This document shows positions 29,062-38,555 of a DNA stretch of 64,000 bases, one piece after another (positions within the stretch are counted from its first letter, which is position 1; each line of letters begins with the position of its first letter). Origin of the DNA: Clostridia bacterium. Lineage in GTDB: Bacteria; Bacillota; Clostridia; TANB77; CAG-465. The notes under the pieces are model-generated. The model was not told where the DNA came from. It ran no database searches and was given only the letters and a program-made list of their open reading frames with translations. The position numbers and the translations under genes are program-made. The stretch spans positions 53,535 through 117,534 of the forward strand of contig JAZSQI010000012.1 of assembly GCA_045537895.1 (NCBI GenBank), read 5' to 3'.

Positions 29062-30277
29062 TTGTTATCTTCCCTCTTTTCATCACTTTATTTTTAATAC
29101 TATCTTTAATATCATTAAGCTCTTTCTTTATACCCCTATGTGAATACATTATACCACAAATAACTGAAGTAAATGGAATTGTAAAGAGCAGTCCTAAGCT
29201 TCCAATTAATGCTTGCAATATTTCAACAATTATAGCCTCTTTATTAAATAAATTTATTAACGAAGTATCATAAGCAACTATTAAAACAACACTAGATAGA
29301 CAACTACCTATATACGCTAAAACTAACGTATTAGTCATTGTTGCTATTATGTCTTGCCCTATAGTTATACCAGACTTGACTATCTCTTTAAACGTAGGTT
29401 CTTTTACCTTATATGATATTTCTCTTAAAGAGGATGCAATATCTATTGATATGTCCATTATAGCACCAATTGCTCCAATTATTATGGAAGCAAAAACTAT
29501 TGCTTTTAAGTTTATCGGATTATCTAAATCAAGTAGCATTAAAAACATTGATTCTTCACTTGTATAGCCAGATAAATGTATTATGCTATCCATTATTACA
29601 AGTAATAATAATGAAATTAGCATACCACCAAAACATCCTAAAACGGTTGCTACACTTTTTTCATTTATTCCATATACAATTATACTAGTAGATAATACTA
29701 TAAATATACACGTTATTATAGCCATAAGATATATATTAAATCCTGCAAGTATAGATGGTATAAATACAGTAAATATCGATAGTACAATAAAACATAAAGC
29801 GAGTATTGTATTGATACCTTTTGTTTTACCGAAAATAACTAAAAGAAGTATAAATATAACTCCTAAAAGTATAACTGGTGTTATTCTTTCTCTATCTACA
29901 TATTTCCAAACCGTATTACCACCATCCTCATCTTCATAAGCATCAAGTAACAGTACTCTATCTCCTACTTTAAGTTCTACCGCGTTTTCTGCATTAGGAT
30001 AAGATATTATCTGCTCAGACTCTATTATACTTCCCTTATTTTTTTTACTTATAATCTTAGCTTCAAAGGTTATAGTTATATCTTTATCTTTTTCACTATT
30101 TCCAGCTTGTGCCACTTTTTCTTCTATATCTAATATATTTGTAATTTTAGCCTTTGTATACTCTAAATCCAAACTACTAATACTATTACTATTTTCCAGT
30201 ACTATTTTGTTCCCTATAAATATATATAGTATTGATAATATTACAGTAACAATATATATAATTTTCTTTTTAATCAT
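29054..30277 (-). CDS. Polytopic membrane protein (YibE/F-like architecture: N-terminal TM, about 120 aa external domain, about 8 TM helices)
   Basis: Hydropathy pattern and overall composition. The family assignment is tentative. Confidence 0.45.
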   Translation of the reverse strand: MIKKKIIYIVTVILSILYIFIGNKIVLENSNSISSLDLEYTKAKITNILDIEEKVAQAGNSEKDKDITITFEAKIISKKNKGSIIESEQIISYPNAENAVELKVGDRVLLLDAYEDEDGGNTVWKYVDRERITPVILLGVIFILLLVIFGKTKGINTILALCFIVLSIFTVFIPSILAGFNIYLMAIITCIFIVLSTSIIVYGINEKSVATVLGCFGGMLISLLLLVIMDSIIHLSGYTSEESMFLMLLDLDNPINLKAIVFASIIIGAIGAIMDISIDIASSLREISYKVKEPTFKEIVKSGITIGQDIIATMTNTLVLAYIGSCLSSVVLIVAYDTSLINLFNKEAIIVEILQALIGSLGLLFTIPFTSVICGIMYSHRGIKKELNDIKDSIKNKVMKRGKITNE

Positions 30278-30293
30278 ATATTTTTAATTCTCC

Positions 30294-30950
30294 TTATTTA
30301 AAATCAAATACTAATTTATATATTGGTCCTAATTTTGAAAATTTTTCTTCATACTCAGTAACTACATTAAATATGTCTTCTTCCTTATGCAAATCCAAAG
30401 AAATATATTCCATATTAACTTTGTTTTTATTAAGATTAAGTATACTGTACTCAAATAACTTCCTATTATCTGTTTTAAACTCTATATTCCCTTCATCACT
30501 TAATATATTTTTATATACTTCTAAAAAATCATCTGATGTAAGTCTTCTCTTACTATGTTTTTTCTTTGGCCAAGGGTCACTAAAATTAAGATAAATTTTG
30601 TCTACTTCTCCTTTTGTAAATACATCACATAATGTTTTAGCATCTACGTCAAGTAAAAACAAATTATCAAGCTTAATGTTGTTTTTCACTTCAAATCTAT
30701 TTAATTTCTTAATAGCTAAAGCAAGAACGGGCTTGCATACCTCTATACCAATATACAGCGTATCTTTATTTTGAGATGCCAGTGTAGAAACGAACGTTCC
30801 TTTTCCCATTCCTATCTCAATATGAATTTTAGTATAACCTTTTTCTTTCCACTTTCCTTTATACTCTTGTGGATTTAATATATACCTGTCACAATTTTGA
30901 AGAATTTCATCTTGATCTTTTACGTATCTTTGTCTCATCTTTTCCTCCAC
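30294..30950 (-). CDS. trmB: tRNA (guanine46-N7)-methyltransferase
   Basis: Collinear with B. subtilis TrmB (…YKGKW…IHIEIGMGKG…YIGIE…YLNFSDPWPKKKH.KRRL…FKTDNR.LFEYS…TEYEEKFS.LG.PIY). Confidence 0.9.
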   Translation of the reverse strand: MEEKMRQRYVKDQDEILQNCDRYILNPQEYKGKWKEKGYTKIHIEIGMGKGTFVSTLASQNKDTLYIGIEVCKPVLALAIKKLNRFEVKNNIKLDNLFLLDVDAKTLCDVFTKGEVDKIYLNFSDPWPKKKHSKRRLTSDDFLEVYKNILSDEGNIEFKTDNRKLFEYSILNLNKNKVNMEYISLDLHKEEDIFNVVTEYEEKFSKLGPIYKLVFDFK

Positions 30951-31640
30951 TTAGTTATTAATTAGATATTCTATAGCACATACAAGTATATTTACCAATA
31001 TTACAACTGGCGCAATTTTTAATATACTCGTATAATCTATTTTTACATTATTTTGCTCTAACTTTTCTATTCTTTGTTGTTTTTTTGCTATAGCTTCTTC
31101 ATATTTATCTTGTTTTTTTGCTATTTGATATAGGTGGATTTTTACATCTAAAAGCGAAAAAGAGCTTCTTTGTGTATATCTATATTTTCTAGTAGTACAA
31201 GTGCACATATAAATTCCAATTGCAGTTATTACACCTACTGTAATTACATCAATGACAACAGGAAGTATATTAAACAAGATAGTTAATATCACACTCTTTG
31301 TTTCCATTGCTAAAGCAACATCTCCTGCAAGCATTAGTACATATGCACCAAATGCAATAGCTGGTATATAAAAATACGGAACCCATCCTGCTAAAAGAAT
31401 AAGAAGTAGTATAATTATTCTTTCTTTTATTGTTTCAATAAATGATATTTTCTCTACCTTATCTAATTCATAATTTAAATCAAGCTCTGACATAGAAAAT
31501 ACACATAATATAAATATGAATAATACAATTCCTATTATAGACAGTACATTTGTCTTTTTTAATATATTGTTTTTTATAAAAAGACCCAATTCTTTTTTCT
31601 TTTCATTATTATTACTACTTTTCTTATTTACATTTTTCAT
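30951..31640 (-). CDS. Hypothetical polytopic membrane protein
   Basis: 229 aa with multiple TM helices. Directly upstream of trmB with no gap. Confidence 0.45.
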   Translation of the reverse strand: MKNVNKKSSNNNEKKKELGLFIKNNILKKTNVLSIIGIVLFIFILCVFSMSELDLNYELDKVEKISFIETIKERIIILLLILLAGWVPYFYIPAIAFGAYVLMLAGDVALAMETKSVILTILFNILPVVIDVITVGVITAIGIYMCTCTTRKYRYTQRSSFSLLDVKIHLYQIAKKQDKYEEAIAKKQQRIEKLEQNNVKIDYTSILKIAPVVILVNILVCAIEYLINN

Positions 31641-33806
31641 CTAATCACCCACTATAACAAAATCAATTTGTTTCATTTTATCATCAGCTCTTACAACCTG
31701 AATTTTTACTTTTTTTCCAATATCATATACTTTATTTGTTCTTTCTCCAATAAGCCTCATATTCTTTTCATCATATATATAGTAATCGTCGTCTAAACTT
31801 GCCATTGTAACTAGGCCTTCAACGGTATTTTGAAGTTTAACATACATTCCAAATTTAGTTACGCCAGATACAATTCCTTCATACTCATCTCCTAAGTGTT
31901 TTTTCATATATTTAGCTTTATATAAATCATCGAATTCTCTTTCTATTTCTGTAGCAAGCTTTTCTCTTTCTGAACTAGAATAACTATATTCTTTTGCCTG
32001 TTTATGAAGTTTTATCAGCATCTTATCATCTAAAATATAATTATTATCTATATATTCAGATATAACTCTATGAATGAACAGGTCAGGGTATCTTCTAATT
32101 GGAGATGTAAAATGGCAATAATATTTAAATGCTAAACCAAAATGTCCTAAACAAAGTTCACTATATTTAGCCAGTTTTAATGAACGCAGAATTAAAGAGG
32201 AAACTACCATTTTCTTTTTATCATCTTCACGAATTTTAGTATCACACATTACATCAGCAAGCGCTTTAGGATGTATCTTATTTATTCCTTTAATACTTGT
32301 TCCCATATTTACTAAAATTTCATTTAATTCTTTTAATCTATCTATATCTGGTTCTTCATGTATTCTATATATAAAAGGTGCTTCTAAATGGAAGAATGTT
32401 TCTGCAATTACTTTATTTGCAGATAGCATAAACTCCTCTATTATATTATTTGCAAAACCAACTGTATATGGCATTACATCGATAACCTCTCCATGTTCAT
32501 CCAAAGTAATCTTAGTTTCCGGTAAATCAAAGTTAATACTTCCTTCTCTTTCCCTTTTCTTCTTTAATATTCTAGCTAGATCTGCCATTATTTCTATATC
32601 TTCAATATAGTCCATATATTCGTATAAAGTATCTCTATTTGACCTATCTAAAACCTCTTGAACTTTTTCATAACTCATTCTCTTTGTTACATTTATAACA
32701 GACTTATATATTTTATTATCTAATACATTTCCTTTTCTATCAAATGTTATATCGACAGCTAAAGTAAGTCTATCTTCTCCTTGATTTAAACTACATATAC
32801 CATTAGATAGCTCTTTTGGAAGCATAGGTATAACTAAATTAGGGGTATATATACTTGTCCCTCTTTTTATAGCTTCTTTGTCTAGATTAGTTCCACTTTT
32901 TACGTAATTACTTACATCAGCAATATGTACTGATAGGACATAATTACCATTTTTATCTATATTAACTACAACAGCATCATCTAAGTCTTTAGCATCTTCT
33001 GAATCTATTGTAAATATTTTATTATTTCTAAAATCAATCCTATTTGCTAAGTTATCTTGAACCTTTAAACTAGCAACTTGTTTTGCTTCATTTAAAACTT
33101 CTGTAGGAAAATCTTTACTTATGTTATACCCTGCTAGAAGTGTTGTTCTATCAATATCATTGTCATTTTCTTTTCCAATTATTTCTACAACAGTTCCCTC
33201 TGCTTTTTTACTTATTGTTGGGTATTTTGTTATGCATACTAATACTCTATCTAAATTATCTATACCATGACATTTCTTTTGAGGTATATATATATCTTCT
33301 ATAGCAGGGTTTATTGGAACGACAAAACCAAAATTATTATTCTTTTCAAATATTCCTGCTATCTTTTCGTCTGCTCTAGATATTATTTTAACTACCTTTC
33401 CTTCATTATTTTTACCTTCTGGTCTTTCTAATATTTTTACTAAAACAATATCATTATTAAATGCAAAATTAGAATTATCTTTTGATATATAAATATCTTT
33501 TTCATCAGATGTCATGTCCAATGTGTTTTCATTTTCTATAACTCTACCAAATCCAAAACTTTTTGATTTTAATTCATACTTGCAAACACAATAATTATAA
33601 TTATCTACTTTGCAAATTCTTTTACTATCGTCATAGTATATGTAGCCTTCTTTTTCTATAGTCTTTAGTATCTTTTCATAATCTTTAAATTGTTCCTTAT
33701 GCACATCAAAGATGACAGCAATCTGTTTTGCGGTCATCTTTGAGTATTCTTTTGAATTTATATATTCTATTATTTTTTTCTTTCTAATTTGATCTTCTTT
33801 TTTCAC
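31641..33806 (-). CDS. rnr: Ribonuclease R (RNB-family 3'-5' exoribonuclease with S1 domain)
   Basis: 721 aa with RNB catalytic motifs (DSEDAKDLDDAV, HFGLA...YCHFTSPIRRYPD) and a C-terminal S1 domain. Confidence 0.92.
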   Translation of the reverse strand: MKKEDQIRKKKIIEYINSKEYSKMTAKQIAVIFDVHKEQFKDYEKILKTIEKEGYIYYDDSKRICKVDNYNYCVCKYELKSKSFGFGRVIENENTLDMTSDEKDIYISKDNSNFAFNNDIVLVKILERPEGKNNEGKVVKIISRADEKIAGIFEKNNNFGFVVPINPAIEDIYIPQKKCHGIDNLDRVLVCITKYPTISKKAEGTVVEIIGKENDNDIDRTTLLAGYNISKDFPTEVLNEAKQVASLKVQDNLANRIDFRNNKIFTIDSEDAKDLDDAVVVNIDKNGNYVLSVHIADVSNYVKSGTNLDKEAIKRGTSIYTPNLVIPMLPKELSNGICSLNQGEDRLTLAVDITFDRKGNVLDNKIYKSVINVTKRMSYEKVQEVLDRSNRDTLYEYMDYIEDIEIMADLARILKKKREREGSINFDLPETKITLDEHGEVIDVMPYTVGFANNIIEEFMLSANKVIAETFFHLEAPFIYRIHEEPDIDRLKELNEILVNMGTSIKGINKIHPKALADVMCDTKIREDDKKKMVVSSLILRSLKLAKYSELCLGHFGLAFKYYCHFTSPIRRYPDLFIHRVISEYIDNNYILDDKMLIKLHKQAKEYSYSSSEREKLATEIEREFDDLYKAKYMKKHLGDEYEGIVSGVTKFGMYVKLQNTVEGLVTMASLDDDYYIYDEKNMRLIGERTNKVYDIGKKVKIQVVRADDKMKQIDFVIVGD

Positions 33807-33826
33807 TATTTACTCCTAAATTAAAA

Positions 33827-34081
33827 TTATTGCTTTGTTATTGCAATAGTAGTAAGGAAACAAAGAATTATAAATGCGATACTAAAAATTACAGTAAGTT
33901 TAGATAATAGTCCATCTAAAGTTTTACCTTTATTTGCTCCATAAAATGTATTTGCACCAAGTGCAGCAGATCTACCATCTTTTGAAGATTGCATCATAAC
34001 TATTACAACAATAACTATACCTACTAAAATAGTAAGCGATACTAATGTCCATGCTATCCAACCCATATTAAATACCTCCAT
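33827..34081 (-). CDS. secG: Preprotein translocase subunit SecG
   Basis: 84 aa with two TM segments and conserved secG–rnr synteny. Confidence 0.8.
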   Translation of the reverse strand: MEVFNMGWIAWTLVSLTILVGIVIVVIVMMQSSKDGRSAALGANTFYGANKGKTLDGLLSKLTVIFSIAFIILCFLTTIAITKQ

Positions 34082-34159
34082 TTGTCTTTTTAACTTATAG
34101 TATTATATCATAAGAAAATACTGATTACAACTGTTTTACAATATATTTTCATATGCTTT

Positions 34160-34196
34160 TTAGCATAAAAATACCCTCAGAAATATCTAAGGGTAC
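34160..34196 (-). terminator. Rho-independent terminator (taccct...agggta stem) after the Spo0A_C-like gene
   Basis: Stem followed by a T-run on the minus strand. Confidence 0.55.
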
Positions 34197-34209
34197 TCAT
34201 TTGTCTTAT

Positions 34210-35040
34210 TTAACTTAAGTATTTAAGCATAAGATCCACCATTACAATTGAAGCATCACCTATTGACAGTAACGAATGTGGTTTGTTGTCATTGTAATAT
34301 TTTTTAAAATCTTTTGGATGATTGCTTCTAATAATTATATTAGTATACGTATTTGTTATTGCAGATGCTATTGCACTAGGCCTTGTATCAAACTTTTCTG
34401 CAAGTTTTTCATACACTTCTGGTTTTGTATCAAAAGTAAGCTCTATTTTGTTTTCCAAAATGTGTTTTAGACACTTATAGCCTAATGATTTTTTACTTAT
34501 ACAGCAATCATTTAAGAATTCTTGCACAGAATTATAATTGATTTTTCTATCAATCAATACTCTATTTTCGTTAGTTAATTCATCTCCATAAACATATAAA
34601 TATTCTTGACATGCTTTTATGAATTCACCAAGATGGGCACTTCCCCAATGCACACTACATCCATATTTGTCAAAAAAATTTACATAATTATTAGGCATAT
34701 TTGATATGCATAATGCGTATACATTTAATAATGCACTTTTAATTCTCCAAATTTCATTATTAAATTTTCTTGAAAGCGTTGGATAAACTGCTTGCTCTAT
34801 GTCATAACTACATCCTAACCGGTTTTCAAGAATATATTTTAAATACTTAGCTCCCAAACAATTCATTTCAATTTTAGGAAACTCACTTAAGAAACTATCA
34901 ACCATTTCAGGTGTAATATTTACAAATTTCTGTTCCTGCTTGTTTTTAATAATAACTGCTTTTTCTACTTCAATAGTTCTAACTCCATTTCTCCGTGCAA
35001 ACCTTAACACTTTTTCATTATCTGTTATGATACAATACAT
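34210..35040 (-). CDS. Receiver-less protein with two tandem Spo0A C-terminal-type (Spo0A_C) DNA-binding domains
   Basis: Two segments (~aa 60-130 and ~190-250) each align to Spo0A_C: G.KYL..IL.......AVYP.L..KF...IWRI.SAL... and GYKCLKHIL...ELTF...EVYEKLAEKFDTRPSAIASAI. No CheY-like receiver domain is present. Confidence 0.6.
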   Translation of the reverse strand: MYCIITDNEKVLRFARRNGVRTIEVEKAVIIKNKQEQKFVNITPEMVDSFLSEFPKIEMNCLGAKYLKYILENRLGCSYDIEQAVYPTLSRKFNNEIWRIKSALLNVYALCISNMPNNYVNFFDKYGCSVHWGSAHLGEFIKACQEYLYVYGDELTNENRVLIDRKINYNSVQEFLNDCCISKKSLGYKCLKHILENKIELTFDTKPEVYEKLAEKFDTRPSAIASAITNTYTNIIIRSNHPKDFKKYYNDNKPHSLLSIGDASIVMVDLMLKYLS

Positions 35041-35180
35041 AACCTTTCCTCCTTATATATTAATATAATTTTTAATGTTTTAACTAATGTATATTATATC
35101 ATTTGTTAGATTTTATGTCAATTACACAGCATAAGTGGTAATAATATAAAAAGAATAGGTTTTCCCTATTCTTCTTAAAA

Positions 35181-36008
35181 TCATATTAATTCTATAATAC
35201 TTGCCTGGGTTCCAAATGCAGGCTCATTTAACTCTGTTTTCTTTCTATATGAGAAAAAGGTATCTACATTACAACATGTGCATATATTTTCATTTATAAT
35301 GTTATCTTTTTTGATACCAGCACTAATTAAATCTTTTGTTATAACATATGGAAAATCCACATGATTCCATCCTTCATCATCAGTATAAACAAATTCATTT
35401 ACTGATATGTCACTCCAATATTTTTGAAATCCGTATGCAAGATCTTTATCTTTGGTCTTCCAGCAACATTTTTGAATACTGGGACTATATGCGCATATTA
35501 TATCTTCCGGCTTTGAGTTAAACTTATTTTGCATAACTTCTAATGTTTTGAGACATATTTTTTGAATTGTACCCTTCCAGCCACTATGAATATTTGCAAT
35601 TACATTGTTTTTTATATCGTACATAACTACTCCATTACAATCAGCTACAGTTATAAGTAAAGGGATGTTTTTAACATTAGTTATAATTGCATCATATACA
35701 TGAGTATGATGTTTGTTAAAAAGATATTCTTCTTTATTTTCATCGGTTATAACTAAAACTTTATCTGTATGTTCTTCAAATACACAAGTGACATTTTGTC
35801 TTGTAAATCCTAATTTTTCACATGCGATATCAAGATTAATGTCAGAATTTTCTCTTTCATCAATATTTTTAAATGATATATTAAGAGACTCGTATGGGTA
35901 TTTGCTAACACCTCCAAGTCTGGTAGTAACAAAATATTTTACCTTGTCGTTATATTTATTAAACACTTCTGAATTATATACATTTAATCCGTTTATATTT
36001 TTTATCAT
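35181..36008 (-). CDS. pgeF: Peptidoglycan editing factor / purine-nucleoside phosphorylase YfiH (PgeF) family
   Basis: 275 aa with HSGWKG and C..H family signatures. Confidence 0.7.
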   Translation of the reverse strand: MIKNINGLNVYNSEVFNKYNDKVKYFVTTRLGGVSKYPYESLNISFKNIDERENSDINLDIACEKLGFTRQNVTCVFEEHTDKVLVITDENKEEYLFNKHHTHVYDAIITNVKNIPLLITVADCNGVVMYDIKNNVIANIHSGWKGTIQKICLKTLEVMQNKFNSKPEDIICAYSPSIQKCCWKTKDKDLAYGFQKYWSDISVNEFVYTDDEGWNHVDFPYVITKDLISAGIKKDNIINENICTCCNVDTFFSYRKKTELNEPAFGTQASIIELI

Positions 36009-36018
36009 ATATACTCCA

Positions 36019-37080
36019 TTATTTTTTTAATATTTTCTTTATGCTTTTCATAATTTTTTGATATATCGGTACAAGTTTTGTAAAAGCAAAATACCAAAAC
36101 TTACTATATACTTTATCTATTTCTCCTATGAACTCTGTAACTCCTTCTTGTCTACAAAATCCTTCTTTAAATTTAAATAGTCCGTTTGATTTATCTAAAA
36201 TAAATACACCACCAAAATCATATAAGTTACAGCCCGTTTCTATAGCCCATTTTATCATTTCTTGCTGCATTAAATAGTTAGGCATTAGGTTTCTTTTTTC
36301 GTTTGAACTAGCTCCATACAAATAGAATGTTTTTTTACCATAATTAATTGCAATAGCAGCAGATAAAGCCTGACCTTCATGCTCTGCTATATATATTCTT
36401 AGCTGATTTTCATCAAAAGTATTTAACATTCTTTCAAAATAATCATAAGGTCTTGAAGCAATTTTATCTCTTATACCCGTTATTTGATATAGGTTATAAA
36501 AAGTCTTTAAATCTTGTATATCTCTAGAATATCTAACTTTTATACCTTTTCTTGTTGCAACCCTAATATTATATCTAGTTTTCTCACTATAACCTTTAAA
36601 AACCTCTTCCTCAGTTTTTTCAGCTATATTTAAAATCATATTATATCGTGGCTGTATAAGTTCGTCTTTATTAAGTTTTTTATTTCTTACTACAAATTCT
36701 TCATCTTTATATAATTTTTCTAATTTTTCATCATATTCTCTTTCAGGATCAAACCTAGCTACGATTGCATTATGTTTTTTAGCAAGAATATTTACATCTT
36801 TCATTATTTCTTTTACCATAGAAATATCATAGACATCTCCAGCAGGTCCCCTTGGTGCATACATTATACTTTTTCTTCCTATAAATTTGCGTATAATAAA
36901 AGACATTGCCATAACAATCTTGCCATCTTCTTCTAGATATACATATTCGCTTTCCCAACCTTTTTTTACATCAGCCCAGTTCATTGATTGCATTAGGCTG
37001 CTTGATGAATAGTTATCTACAAATTCTTTGTATTTTTTTGTTTCTTCATTATTTTGTTTATTTAAAATAGGCATTTTCAT
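36019..37080 (-). CDS. FemAB-family peptidoglycan interpeptide-bridge aminoacyltransferase
   Basis: 353 aa with motifs ...YAPRGP..., ...RYNIRVA.RKG... and ...YLYGASS...YDFGG. Confidence 0.75.
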   Translation of the reverse strand: MKMPILNKQNNEETKKYKEFVDNYSSSSLMQSMNWADVKKGWESEYVYLEEDGKIVMAMSFIIRKFIGRKSIMYAPRGPAGDVYDISMVKEIMKDVNILAKKHNAIVARFDPEREYDEKLEKLYKDEEFVVRNKKLNKDELIQPRYNMILNIAEKTEEEVFKGYSEKTRYNIRVATRKGIKVRYSRDIQDLKTFYNLYQITGIRDKIASRPYDYFERMLNTFDENQLRIYIAEHEGQALSAAIAINYGKKTFYLYGASSNEKRNLMPNYLMQQEMIKWAIETGCNLYDFGGVFILDKSNGLFKFKEGFCRQEGVTEFIGEIDKVYSKFWYFAFTKLVPIYQKIMKSIKKILKK

Positions 37081-37089
37081 CCACCTTTA

Positions 37090-38484
37090 CTAATTTATTT
37101 TTTCTATTTTTTGCCCTTCTTTAGAATCAATAACCATATAGCCTTTTTCTTTTAGTTCATCCCTAATTTTATCAGAAGTTGCAAAATCTTTATTTAATCT
37201 TGCTTCTTTTCTTTGCTCTAATAAAGAGGCGATTTCTTCTGGAATAACAACATCTTCATTATTTTTTACTTCTTTTTTATCTATATCAAGTGATAAAACT
37301 CTATCAAATTCTAATAATAGCTTAGCTAATTTTGGAGATTTAAATGCTGATTTTGCAACATCCCAAACAACTGACATTGCAAGAGGGAAATTTAAATCGT
37401 CATTTACAGCAGCTATAAATTTTTCTCTGTATTCTAATATTTTACTATCATCAATATTATCTTTTCCATTTAGGTGCATTTCATACGCATCTTTAAGTCT
37501 ATCTAATGCTTTTTTACTAGCATCTAGTGCTTCCCAAGTAAAATTAAGTTTATTTCTATAATGAGAAGAATAGTTAAAATATCTATATACAAGTGGTGAA
37601 TAACCTCTTTTTTCTAAGTCTGCTATAGTATAGTTATTTCCTAAACTCTTAGACATTTTCCCACCATCTACTTGTAAAAATTCAACATGCATCCAATAAT
37701 TAGCAGGATTTGTTCCAATAGCTCCTTTTGATTGAGCTATTTCATTTTCGTGATGAATTGGAATATGATCAACACCACCTGTATGAATATCAAATTTTTC
37801 TCCTAGATATTTATTTCCCATTGCAGAACATTCAATATGCCATCCTGGGTAACATATCCCCCATTTACTTTCCCACTTCATTATGTGTTCTTTAGGGGCT
37901 TTTATCCATAAGGCAAAATCTAATGGATTTCTTTTTTCGTTATCTACTTCTACCCTAGCTCCTGCCTTATTTTCTTTTATATTTGCACGTGATAATTCTC
38001 CATATGTTGGAAGTTTAGATGTATCAAAATATATGCCTTTTGAGGTCTCATATCCATAGCCATTCTCAACTATTTTTGAAACAAAGTTTTCCATTTCCTT
38101 TATATGTTCAGTTGCTTTACATACAATTTCAGGTCTTTCTATATTTAATTTTTCCATATCAACGAAAAATGTTTTTGTATATTTATCAGCTATTTCCCAT
38201 GGAGAAATTTTTTGTTCTCTAGCTGCTTTGCTCATTTTATCTTCGCCTTCATCTGCATCTGAAGTCATGTGACCTACATCTGTTATATTCATAGCGTGTA
38301 ATAAATTATACCCGTTTAATTTTAATACTTTTCTTAGGTTATCCATGAATATATATGCTCTCATATTACCTATATGAGCATAGTTATATACAGTAGGTCC
38401 ACAACTATATATTCTAACATTTTTTTCATCAAGTGGTTTAAATTCTTCCTTTTCTCTTGATAATGTATTATATATTTTTAGCAT
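37090..38484 (-). CDS. cysS: Cysteinyl-tRNA synthetase
   Basis: Class I HIGH-like (CGPTVYNYAHIGN) and KMSKS motifs. 464 aa. Confidence 0.95.
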   Translation of the reverse strand: MLKIYNTLSREKEEFKPLDEKNVRIYSCGPTVYNYAHIGNMRAYIFMDNLRKVLKLNGYNLLHAMNITDVGHMTSDADEGEDKMSKAAREQKISPWEIADKYTKTFFVDMEKLNIERPEIVCKATEHIKEMENFVSKIVENGYGYETSKGIYFDTSKLPTYGELSRANIKENKAGARVEVDNEKRNPLDFALWIKAPKEHIMKWESKWGICYPGWHIECSAMGNKYLGEKFDIHTGGVDHIPIHHENEIAQSKGAIGTNPANYWMHVEFLQVDGGKMSKSLGNNYTIADLEKRGYSPLVYRYFNYSSHYRNKLNFTWEALDASKKALDRLKDAYEMHLNGKDNIDDSKILEYREKFIAAVNDDLNFPLAMSVVWDVAKSAFKSPKLAKLLLEFDRVLSLDIDKKEVKNNEDVVIPEEIASLLEQRKEARLNKDFATSDKIRDELKEKGYMVIDSKEGQKIEKIN

Positions 38485-38555
38485 TTTATCACCTTTCTTT
38501 ACTATATATTGTATTTGCTGGTAACATTATATATTACCAGCAATAAAGTTACAAG

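Noticed and set aside
38485-38555. Possible T-box or attenuator leaders upstream of cysS, thrS and proS
   Set aside because: These aaRS genes are preceded by gaps of only 11-70 nt within operons. A 10-bp hairpin at 38515..38543 is better explained as the LCP-gene terminator, and no T-box specifier or antiterminator sequences were seen.
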